In this document: positions 8,128 through 15,893 of the stretch, in pieces | Layout: each line of letters opens with the position of its first letter | Numbering within the stretch: the first letter of the stretch is position 1 | NCBI GenBank assembly: GCA_902761145.1 | Contig: CACWJA010000003.1 | Coordinates: forward strand, 92-64,091 | Direction of reading: 5' to 3' | Source of the DNA: an uncultured bacterium | GTDB lineage: Bacteria > Patescibacteriota > Saccharimonadia > Saccharimonadales > Saccharimonadaceae | Length of the DNA stretch: 64,000 bases | Made by a program: the position numbers and the translations under genes | The notes under the pieces: generated by a model | Databases searched by the model: none | What the model was told of the DNA's origin: nothing | What the model saw: the letters and a program-made list of their open reading frames with translations, nothing else

Positions 8128-9960
8128 CTAGATACCAGATCCATCCCAATACTGGTTTCCAGAGTCACCGGAAAGTTCCGGCTCCTTCGCCTTTTGTGGC
8201 GAAGGTTTATTGGCGTCGTCGGCACCATTATTGTCTACAGCGGCGCCGCCGCCATCATATGAAGGATTGCTGTCATCGTTGCCAGTTTTCTGGTCATCGT
8301 TAATAACAGTCAAATCTTCTATGGCCTTTTCATATTCGATCGGTGTCAAATGATCCGAGTTCGAATCATTATCCTTGGCCGAATACTGAGCCCCTTCACC
8401 ATTATTGGTGTCAGGACCAGGCCCGGGGTCATCATTTTTACCCGAATTATCCGACAGAGACGGGTCCTTATTATAAGGGTTCGTCGGATTCGTCGGGCTA
8501 GGCGGATTTGTCGGACTGGGCGGATTAGAAGGTTCAGGCGAACCAGTGCCGGACGGTACAGTCGTACTTTCCGGCTCACCAGGCGGATTAGACGGTGTAG
8601 GTGGAGTCTTCTTTACGATATTAGGAATATCTTCCTTACCGTAAAACTCCGGTCTCTTATCATGGATATTAAATCCAATGACAAACCCTACCGGGTTTTT
8701 AGACTCTAATTGGTCCTTGGTAACGTAAGCAAGTATCAGTGCATCTTTCTTATACTGATAGCTTGCCTTTATACCGGCACGATCATTATTCGCCGCCGAC
8801 GAATTCAGAGGCCAATTTTCCACCGTTTGTCTTGCCTGTACGCCTTGGTCAATTAACCTTTCCAGGAAAGTGCACAACGTAGCTGCATACCTTCTGTACT
8901 CGGTAGAAACATAGATAGTCGATCGATCCCCATTACGGTACTCACACCAATAGGAGACGCCATTACTATCATTTTTCTTGACCATTCCGTCCAGCCATCC
9001 ATTGAAGTTGCCAATCCTAGTATCTCCGATCTTTTTATCACGTATGGCATTTGCCACCGTAACTCCGTAGACCGGATTCCGTAAAATCTCAACCTCAACT
9101 TCGTTAAACATTTCGCTAGACTTTTTAGACTTAAACCCATAGGTTAAAGCATCCGATATTCCCGTCCGCGATGTTCTTTTTGCATCATGCGGTGACAATG
9201 ATGATGTCAATAACTCTTCCGAGACGCCCTTATACTTCTCTACAGTCAACTGTTCAAGCTGTCCAGCCGTCAGTTTAACCGTTAGATTGTTTATGGCCTC
9301 AGTATGCGCCTGTTCACCATTACCGCCTGAATTACTAACTGCCGAAGCCTTTGGTAATCCTGCAATCTGCGCCCCGTTAACAGGTATCACTACCAAACTA
9401 ACGATTGTTAAGATCGCAAGGATAATAGCGACTACTCGCCAAACGCCTGCATGAGTACGACCATAAAGGCGCGTTGCTGTTACAAAAGCTGCAATACCCA
9501 CCACAAATGCAAACAACATCCATGGTGTAACAAAGAAGATCCAGGAAAGAACCCTGGCCTCCCACCACAATGCCATCACATGGACAGCAGATTGTGCCGC
9601 CAAAATAATAGCCGTAGCAAGAACCGCGAACCAAAACAGTTCGCTAAATCTTCTCACTCTATGCAGGAACCACATAGTGGCCCATAGCAACAGCAAGATA
9701 GTCGCCACAAAGAACACCAATCCCCACCACGGGGACTCAGTTGTCCTTGGCAAATAGTGGGCAAAGCCCGCAATAGCACCGATAATCAATGCCCTGGCGA
9801 AATTGCCAAAAGTATGCTTTTCGGTGAAGCTTCTTAGCCGCAAACACGGCCTACCGCCAATACCAGTAGCAGACACAATCCCGCCACCCGCAAACAGGCA
9901 GCCAAGTATGTCTGCGCCGATAAAGGCTAACATTCCAAAAACAATAATTTGCCATAACAT
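8128..9960 (-). CDS. Polytopic membrane protein with a large soluble domain and a Pro/Asn/Asp-rich low-complexity tail; function unknown
   Basis: Several N-terminal TM helices; PSNPPSPTNPPSPTNPTNP tract. Start set to the ATG at 9960 (AGGAGG 12 nt upstream); the track start at 10005 is a GTG with no SD. Confidence 0.6.
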   Translation of the reverse strand: MLWQIIVFGMLAFIGADILGCLFAGGGIVSATGIGGRPCLRLRSFTEKHTFGNFARALIIGAIAGFAHYLPRTTESPWWGLVFFVATILLLLWATMWFLHRVRRFSELFWFAVLATAIILAAQSAVHVMALWWEARVLSWIFFVTPWMLFAFVVGIAAFVTATRLYGRTHAGVWRVVAIILAILTIVSLVVIPVNGAQIAGLPKASAVSNSGGNGEQAHTEAINNLTVKLTAGQLEQLTVEKYKGVSEELLTSSLSPHDAKRTSRTGISDALTYGFKSKKSSEMFNEVEVEILRNPVYGVTVANAIRDKKIGDTRIGNFNGWLDGMVKKNDSNGVSYWCEYRNGDRSTIYVSTEYRRYAATLCTFLERLIDQGVQARQTVENWPLNSSAANNDRAGIKASYQYKKDALILAYVTKDQLESKNPVGFVIGFNIHDKRPEFYGKEDIPNIVKKTPPTPSNPPGEPESTTVPSGTGSPEPSNPPSPTNPPSPTNPTNPYNKDPSLSDNSGKNDDPGPGPDTNNGEGAQYSAKDNDSNSDHLTPIEYEKAIEDLTVINDDQKTGNDDSNPSYDGGGAAVDNNGADDANKPSPQKAKEPELSGDSGNQYWDGSGI

Positions 9961-10121
9961 AATATATCGCCACCTCCTGTGACTTATATTACCGAGGCTG
10001 GCCACCTCGAGGGTTTATCATACGAATGTGGGATGGATCTCAGCTTTGAAAGCTGAGATGATTCGATTGTTAATGACCTTCGTCATCCTAACACCTTAAG
10101 TATTAGTCCTAGACTGCTTCC

Positions 10122-10150
10122 ATTGTATCACACTTTTGCTATTTTGTCAA
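10122..10150 (-). promoter_or_regulatory. Near-consensus promoter for 8128..9960
   Basis: Minus strand reads TTGACA (10150..10145), 17 nt, TGaTACAAT (-10 at 10127..10122). This predicts a structured leader of about 150 nt. Confidence 0.55.
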
Positions 10151-10233
10151 TATATATAGCACTATTTTGTGCTTACGTCTATATTATATTATAGTTCTTA
10201 TGTTTTGTAAAAATATATTACTCACAACATAGC

Positions 10234-10260
10234 AAAATGCCCGGGCCGAAGCCCGGGCAT
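10234..10260 (-). terminator. Rho-independent terminator of 10272..10697
   Basis: GC-rich hairpin ATGCCCGGGC-CGAA-GCCCGGGCAT, followed on the minus strand by a T-run. Confidence 0.7.
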
Positions 10261-10271
10261 GCGTCGTGGAA

Positions 10272-10697
10272 TTACCCCCTCCTGGGGTGGGTTTTAAAAT
10301 ACTGCTTCATCTCCTCACGAGTGAGAAGGACCAGCTTTTTCTTTCTTCTTCCGTCAGCGTCGATGCCATCGTCAACTTCTCTTGCGAGAGCAGCCTTTAC
10401 CTTAAAGGTGGGGTCTGCCAGCATTTCGGCGTCCTCTTTGTCTTCGAGGAACTCATCGTCAGCCGCACCATAGCGGTACACCTTTACGACACTGGCGTTC
10501 TGAAGGTCAATGTATTCCCTAAGCTTCTCCTCAACCTCCTCTACGGTCGTAGCGCCTCTGGCGAAAAAAAACGCCTTTGCCAACTCTTCGAGGTTAGAAG
10601 TGTTAATTCGAGTGGATCTGCTAGGGTCTCTGTTGTCTCTTCTGCTAACCGTCTCTTCCGGCACATCTGTACCGAGAAGAAAATCCTTTAATGCCAT
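10272..10697 (-). CDS. Hypothetical acidic cytoplasmic protein (141 aa)
   Basis: Start set to the ATG at 10697 (MALKDFLLG..) with GAAGGAGG upstream. The longer track ORF adds an unlikely Cys/Met-rich extension. Confidence 0.55.
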   Translation of the reverse strand: MALKDFLLGTDVPEETVSRRDNRDPSRSTRINTSNLEELAKAFFFARGATTVEEVEEKLREYIDLQNASVVKVYRYGAADDEFLEDKEDAEMLADPTFKVKAALAREVDDGIDADGRRKKKLVLLTREEMKQYFKTHPRRG

Positions 10698-10825
10698 AAT
10701 CGTACCTCCTTCAGGATGGAAATATATGAATGTAGACTCTAGAATGTTAATGTCCCACGACAACATCATTATAGCACACATACACATTTTTGTCAATACT
10801 TATAACACATATTCTTATTTTACTC

Positions 10826-10854
10826 TTGATTTTTTATTTCCCAACATATATAAT
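10826..10854 (+). promoter_or_regulatory. Promoter of the tRNA-His/tRNA-Gly pair
   Basis: TTGATT (10826..10831), 17 nt, TATAAT (10849..10854), 8 nt before the tRNA-His G-1. Confidence 0.55.
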
Positions 10855-10862
10855 ATAAATAT

Positions 10863-10940
10863 GGTGGGATTAGCTCAGATGGTTAGAGCGTCTGATTGTG
10901 GTCCAGAAGGTCGTCGGTTCAATCCCGATATCCCACCCCA
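10863..10940 (+). tRNA. tRNA-His (anticodon GTG), CCA encoded
   Basis: Cloverleaf folds by hand. Anticodon loop TTGTGGT. Shows the His-specific extra G-1 opposite C73. T-loop TTCAATC. Confidence 0.85.
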
Positions 10941-10953
10941 TATTTAACAACTT

Positions 10954-11028
10954 GCGAGTGTAGTACAGCGGTTAGTATGCAAGTTTTCCAAACTTGAGAT
11001 GAGGTTTCGACTACCTCCACTCGCACCA
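10954..11028 (+). tRNA. tRNA-Gly (anticodon TCC), CCA encoded
   Basis: Acceptor GCGAGTG/CACTCGC; anticodon stem CAAGT/ACTTG with loop TTTCCAA; T-arm GAGGT-TTCGACT-ACCTC. Confidence 0.9.
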
Positions 11029-11070
11029 AGGAAAAATAAAAGCGAGAGTTTACTCTCGTATTTTGTTTTT

Positions 11071-11115
11071 ACTTGAAGTGAGGCCGAGGTAGTTTATCTA
11101 CCTCCACTCGCGCCA
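11071..11115 (+). other. Degenerate second copy of the tRNA-Gly 3' half (minihelix-like), sitting between two terminator hairpins
   Basis: ACTTGAAGTGAGGCCGAGGTAGTTTATCTACCTCCACTCGCGCCA compared with ACTTGAGATGAGGTTTCGACTACCTCCACTCGCACCA in the tRNA. Hairpins at 11043..11058 and 11126..11150. Confidence 0.7.
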
Positions 11116-11247
11116 ACACACAAAGAAATAGGCCAAAGGCTTATTTTTTTATTTCCATCCTCCTCAATGCATGTTCGATATATGATATAATAGCAACAGA
11201 GCATAAACACTATCAGCCTCATACTAAATAACAATTAAAGGGAAACC

Positions 11248-13548
11248 ATGGAAGATTATGAAAATCAAGCAAATTCGGGTAGCCACAGCGATGGATGGGA
11301 AAGTCTAAGCAACACCGCCGGAAACTTCGACAAAACTCAAGCAGCCCAAGCCATAAACGAAAAACTCAAGGAAATCGGATCTCAAAAGCCAAAATCCTAC
11401 GAAATGGAAAGTACGGTTTTTTTCTCCGAAGACAAAGTTTCCATAGATAGCGACTCATGGGGTGACTTTTACGAAGCAGCCTGGGACGACGGCGGAGAAA
11501 AAGATGCCCAATACGAGCAAAAAGTCAAAAACGCAATAGAAGAATGGAATTCTGCATCACAAGAAGAACGTATTGCGTACCTACAAACTGGCACTTTGCC
11601 AAACAGCATAAGCAAAGATACTATCAGCCTGCTTACTAGTGCTCGAATTATCAATTTCAAAGAGCCTAGTCGCACCGTAGCCCCACCACCACGACCGCCA
11701 GTCCCGCCACGGCCGCCAGTTCCGCCAATACCACCACAACCACCAATAGATACCGATACCGGCGACAGAAAAACTGACACCACAGATGATCCCAAAAGAG
11801 ACGACACAACGCCAACACCAGAAGACAAACCAACGCCATTCTGGAAACGTATTTTTGGGCCACGCAGAAAAACCCGTCACACAGAAAACCCTATACCGCG
11901 ACCAAAAGACACTTCAGAAGACGAGCCAACAATTCCGCAAGAAAAACCAACACCGCAACCAGAAGACCCTCCCACAGAAAATCCGAGTAATCATCCTCAA
12001 AAAGCCCCAGAAGAAGTTCCTACAAACCCATCAGAAACCACTCCAACTCCCCCTCAACCCGAAAAACCAGAGACGGAATCAAACCTAGAACAACCAATAA
12101 TGTATGAAATAATCAAAGACATAAAAGAAGAAGAACTACCACCAGAAGAAAGAGAAGAAATCAGAAAAATCTCCGGCGCAAAACTTGGCAACCTAAAAAA
12201 AGCCTTAGCAACCGGCGCCTTAATTACACTAGTAGCACTTGCGTTCATGAAACCGCCAGTTGAAATCACAGACAAAAACCACGCTAGCGTAGAAACAACT
12301 TCTCAAGAAGTAGTTACCATAACGAACGAAGTTCCAGAAAGAATAGAAGAGGTCGAGGTAACACCAGACGATGACCCAGAACTTTATCGACAATTGTCCA
12401 TTCAAAAGCTACTTGAAAACACAACACTCGGCGGAAAAATGCCTGTGGGTGAAAGTACAGACTATTGGGAATCACCAGATCATGAATTTGGTGGAGCCGA
12501 CAATCATGGCATAATTGACAATGAAGGGATTCGTCCCGCAGGCGAATACACTGTAGAACGCCTAGTAATATTAGATGCCAAAACCGGAGAATACCTTGGT
12601 AATTTCTATTCAGGCAATGGCGACTCCGGCACATTGGCAGATTTTGTAGAAAAAGTACAATCTGAAAATCCAGACCGAGAGATCACAGTGCATGTATGTT
12701 TTGATGATCCAGCCGCTGGATGGTCTGGCAATATTATCAATGGAGACGTTCCAATAATCGGAATAGGCCGTATCACGCAAAAGAAAGTAACACCAGGGCA
12801 CATTGAAACAACCACCATAACGGAAAATCACTCAGCTACCGGCGAAACAGACAATCTAGACAAAAACGGCACAATAGAGATTATAAACGACGACGGGACT
12901 AGCTCGTCTATAAACATAAGACATGAAGACGGGTCACTCTATCAACCAGGCGAAACAGTACTAGATTCTAACGGCAAATTGCATACTATACGCAATATAG
13001 AAGTTACCGAAAACGGAAAAAATGTACGCATTATATGGGAAAACGTATTGTGGGATGCGGCAATGTTGGCAATTGCGGGCTCCGGCCCAGCTGCTGCTGG
13101 TACCGGTATTTATATAGCCACACGACGACGCAACGGCGAGAGCGATACCAATGAAGAACAAGAAACACCTCCCGATGAAGAGCAGTCTACTACCCCAGAA
13201 CGTAGAATAGAAATAAGACGAGAAATGATGGAGTTAAATGCAGGCCAGCTGATTAACCTAGTCGACTTCTTTACGGAAACGTCTGGAGATAAAGCTGCAG
13301 AAATAGCCGCACAACTCGCCGAACGTGCTGGCACGAAGGTAGCAGAAGACAATCCTGCTGATAACCCAGAAGACCAAGGCATATTTGGAGCAATGACAGC
13401 CCCAGAAAAAACCGTAGCCAAAGCTCTGCTAACAAAACGTGACGAAGCTACACTCAGACACTTAAGCGAACTATTAGGGATCGAGCTAGAAGATTATGTC
13501 GCCCGCATACTAAATGAATCCCAAAATAATATCGAAACGGAGGAATAA
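11248..13548 (+). CDS. Hypothetical 766-aa protein with a Pro-rich region and two predicted TM segments
   Basis: Long ORF containing PPPRPPVPPRPPVPPIPPQPP, then an acidic/Pro-rich tract. TMs at GALITLVALAFM and AAMLAIAGSGPAAAGTGIYIA. Confidence 0.6.
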   Translation: MEDYENQANSGSHSDGWESLSNTAGNFDKTQAAQAINEKLKEIGSQKPKSYEMESTVFFSEDKVSIDSDSWGDFYEAAWDDGGEKDAQYEQKVKNAIEEWNSASQEERIAYLQTGTLPNSISKDTISLLTSARIINFKEPSRTVAPPPRPPVPPRPPVPPIPPQPPIDTDTGDRKTDTTDDPKRDDTTPTPEDKPTPFWKRIFGPRRKTRHTENPIPRPKDTSEDEPTIPQEKPTPQPEDPPTENPSNHPQKAPEEVPTNPSETTPTPPQPEKPETESNLEQPIMYEIIKDIKEEELPPEEREEIRKISGAKLGNLKKALATGALITLVALAFMKPPVEITDKNHASVETTSQEVVTITNEVPERIEEVEVTPDDDPELYRQLSIQKLLENTTLGGKMPVGESTDYWESPDHEFGGADNHGIIDNEGIRPAGEYTVERLVILDAKTGEYLGNFYSGNGDSGTLADFVEKVQSENPDREITVHVCFDDPAAGWSGNIINGDVPIIGIGRITQKKVTPGHIETTTITENHSATGETDNLDKNGTIEIINDDGTSSSINIRHEDGSLYQPGETVLDSNGKLHTIRNIEVTENGKNVRIIWENVLWDAAMLAIAGSGPAAAGTGIYIATRRRNGESDTNEEQETPPDEEQSTTPERRIEIRREMMELNAGQLINLVDFFTETSGDKAAEIAAQLAERAGTKVAEDNPADNPEDQGIFGAMTAPEKTVAKALLTKRDEATLRHLSELLGIELEDYVARILNESQNNIETEE

Positions 13549-13797
13549 ATGCAAGATTTTCAAAAAAACCAACAAGTACAGTTATCCGATGGTAAATATT
13601 ATCTTTACATCAATACTATAACTATGGATGGTCACAATTATCACTTCTTATCGCCCAAAGATGAAGATTCATTTATAATAGGCGAAATAGTACATGACAA
13701 CGACAAAAAACTCTTCAAAATAATACAAGATAGAGAAACTATCGCGAGAATACAAAACTATTATTTGTCGCACCCAGATGCTCTACTCATCGACTAA
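13549..13797 (+). CDS. Small hypothetical protein (82 aa; weak DUF1292-like pattern)
   Basis: The ATG directly follows the upstream TAA stop codon, with GGAGGA 5 nt upstream; probably translationally coupled. Confidence 0.5.
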   Translation: MQDFQKNQQVQLSDGKYYLYINTITMDGHNYHFLSPKDEDSFIIGEIVHDNDKKLFKIIQDRETIARIQNYYLSHPDALLID

Positions 13798-14066
13798 TCA
13801 ACAATCAATTATCTTTTTTACACATACATCATACTTCCACAAATACAGTGCTCACCAATCCTAGAGACGCTGTGGTGCCGCCTGTGCCGACAATCCCAAC
13901 TGCGCAACAAAAAAATTTCAAAAATGGGGAGAAAGGTCTGACAAAAAATATAGCAAGGGAGCCGCAAAACTAGTAGAAATAGTCGTTGATACTATAAATC
14001 TAGAAAACAAATCGAGGAAATAAATACTCTTCCTATCAGAATTCTATTTATCTCCGCCATCCACCT

Positions 14067-15077
14067 CTAATTATTACTCTCCCCAATATCAATATATTCG
14101 CTTATTTTACCTTCCTCTTTCAGCCCGTCAAACCTTTTACTAAACTCCTTAAACGGTACTTTAATTGATGCAAAATCCACCTCAGAATCTGTCTTCTTGA
14201 CTAGCTTCACAAAATAATATCCATCACCATTCGCCGATACGAATTTTCCACTACTCTGATCAGGTTCCAATTTCATAGCCTCCGCCGCTCTACCACCATC
14301 AATATTCTTATCGTCTACTAGCCCACCAGTCTCTTCGTATACTATCTCATCACCCAATTGTTCTACTACATTGTGATAATCATTACCATTCTCGGCTAAC
14401 ATTTTCTCCACTTGCCCAGACACCTTATTCGCCTTTTCATCTATGGCCATTTCAACTTTTTCCTTCACTAAAGTCAAGTACAGCATTCTCTCGTATTCAT
14501 CTTTACTAAGCCCAAAATTATCCCGAATTATCTTTAGAAATCCTTCTTCGCTTCTATCTACTTCGCCAATTTTTAAATGTCGGTCAAATTCAGTGTTCAC
14601 CTCATCTTGAGTCACTGATATATTTAACCCCTTAGCTAATTTCAAAGCATATGTGTACTTTTCCGCTTCAGTAAGTGCAGCCCGCTTATATTCAGTCTTC
14701 AACTCCTCAAACGATTCTTCATCAAATTGGCTCCCAGATTGACGCTCTATAGAAATCATACTACTACGGTAAAACATCAAATAATCAGAAAACCTCACGC
14801 CTTCACCATCCACAGAAGCTACAGACAGCGGCACTACTTTAGTCACATTAAACAGCAAGTCATCCGTCATTCCTATCCTATACAAAGCCAACCATACGCC
14901 AGTTACCACCATAGTAGATACCACTAACGCTATCAAAATTGTATTTATCACCACACGATGGCGTGTCCATTGTAATGGATATTTGAATTTACGTCCGGCT
15001 GCTAATACTTCTTCGCGTCGAGCCTCAATCTTTTCTTCTTCCGTCTTTTTTGTTTCTTTCTTTGAAAACAACTTCAT
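14067..15077 (-). CDS. Membrane-anchored SurA-N/PpiD-like chaperone-domain protein
   Basis: N-terminal TM (INTILIALVVSTMVVTGVWLAL), followed by an all-helical region typical of SurA N-terminal-domain proteins. Start at the ATG 15077 (MKLFSKK); alternative 15104. Confidence 0.45.
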   Translation of the reverse strand: MKLFSKKETKKTEEEKIEARREEVLAAGRKFKYPLQWTRHRVVINTILIALVVSTMVVTGVWLALYRIGMTDDLLFNVTKVVPLSVASVDGEGVRFSDYLMFYRSSMISIERQSGSQFDEESFEELKTEYKRAALTEAEKYTYALKLAKGLNISVTQDEVNTEFDRHLKIGEVDRSEEGFLKIIRDNFGLSKDEYERMLYLTLVKEKVEMAIDEKANKVSGQVEKMLAENGNDYHNVVEQLGDEIVYEETGGLVDDKNIDGGRAAEAMKLEPDQSSGKFVSANGDGYYFVKLVKKTDSEVDFASIKVPFKEFSKRFDGLKEEGKISEYIDIGESNN

Positions 15078-15109
15078 GTTATAATTATAACATATACACG
15101 TCAAAACAT

Positions 15110-15185
15110 GGCTCCGTAGCTCAATGGATAGAGCAATTCCGTCCTAAGGAAAAGGTTGTGCGTTCGACTCGCACCGGAGTCACCA
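15110..15185 (+). tRNA. tRNA-Arg (anticodon CCT), CCA encoded
   Basis: Acceptor GGCTCCG/CGGAGTC; D-arm GCTC-AATGGATA-GAGC; anticodon loop GTCCTAA; T-arm GTGCG-TTCGACT-CGCAC. Confidence 0.8.
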
Positions 15186-15233
15186 AGTATGAAAAGAAGT
15201 CCCTTTGGACTTATTTTCATACTTAAGATAATA

Positions 15234-15367
15234 TCCGATGCGGGGAGAACGCTAGTTCGCCTGCTGTAGGAGATGAGGTCAAATCTAGAATTTATTCTAG
15301 ATTTACCGAAACGACGCCCAACAGAAAGACTTCGCGCAGCGAAGACTTACTCGCACCGGAGTCACCA
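15234..15367 (+). ncRNA. Candidate structured element closed by a tRNA-Arg-derived acceptor/T-stem minihelix and ending in ..ACCA (unclassified)
   Basis: TCCGATGCG (15234..15242) pairs with CGCACCGGA (15352..15360). Internal hairpins at 15247..15258, 15261..15266/15319..15324, 15281..15304 and 15330..15344. Homologous to 40553..40684. Confidence 0.5.
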
Positions 15368-15512
15368 AGTATATAAAAGAGCCCCTTGGGGGCTGTATTT
15401 AATTCAAGATAGTATTCAGTAAGAGGAGAGCATTAACGCCAGAATCATCAAATATAGAATACAACCTTAGCACGGATTTATCATATTATCCAACATATGT
15501 TATACTATTCTT

Positions 15513-15893
15513 ATGGCTATTGCTGAAATGTTTCTCTGGTGGTATGCTCACGGATGGCTCATCTTTATCAAACATCTCCGTTCTATCCTTGCCAACATTA
15601 CAGACTTTTTTTCCATGAGCTCGCTCATTCGTACCCTCTTCAAACCATACCGCCAAATTTCCGCCAACTCGGCAACAAATTCCGCTTCATTAGACCTTAA
15701 ATTTCATATGTTTTTAGATAGACTAGTCTCACGCGCCGTTGGCTTTGTTTCTCGCCTTATCTTATTAATAGCTGGTACCGCCATCATCGTAATAGGTGGC
15801 ATCTTTAGTATCATACTTATTGTTCTATGGCCATTTATCCCAATACTGCCCATACTAGGTATCATCTTAACTATAACCGGATTCACGCTATGA
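15513..15893 (+). CDS. Small integral membrane protein (126 aa), translationally coupled to the downstream Clp-like ATPase
   Basis: Leaderless-type start (TATACT-N6-ATG). C-terminal TM helices. Its stop overlaps the next ATG (ATGA at 15890..15893). Confidence 0.6.
   Translation: MAIAEMFLWWYAHGWLIFIKHLRSILANITDFFSMSSLIRTLFKPYRQISANSATNSASLDLKFHMFLDRLVSRAVGFVSRLILLIAGTAIIVIGGIFSIILIVLWPFIPILPILGIILTITGFTL

Noticed and set aside
10237-10947. (+) ORFs 10237..10473, 10266..10691 and 10510..10947
   Set aside because: The first two are antisense to 10272..10697 (GGAGG plus ATG on the minus strand, followed by a minus-strand terminator). The third runs through the tRNA promoter into tRNA-His.
15281-15304. 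The AAATCTAGAAT-TT-ATTCTAGATTT palindrome as a dif/Xer site or a dispersed operator
   Set aside because: The central region is only 2 bp, against 6-8 bp in dif sites. Half-site-like ATCTAGAA strings elsewhere (for example near 13996, 17398 and 35590) lie mostly in coding sequence and are expected in AT-rich DNA. Only the two tRNA-linked copies are full palindromes.
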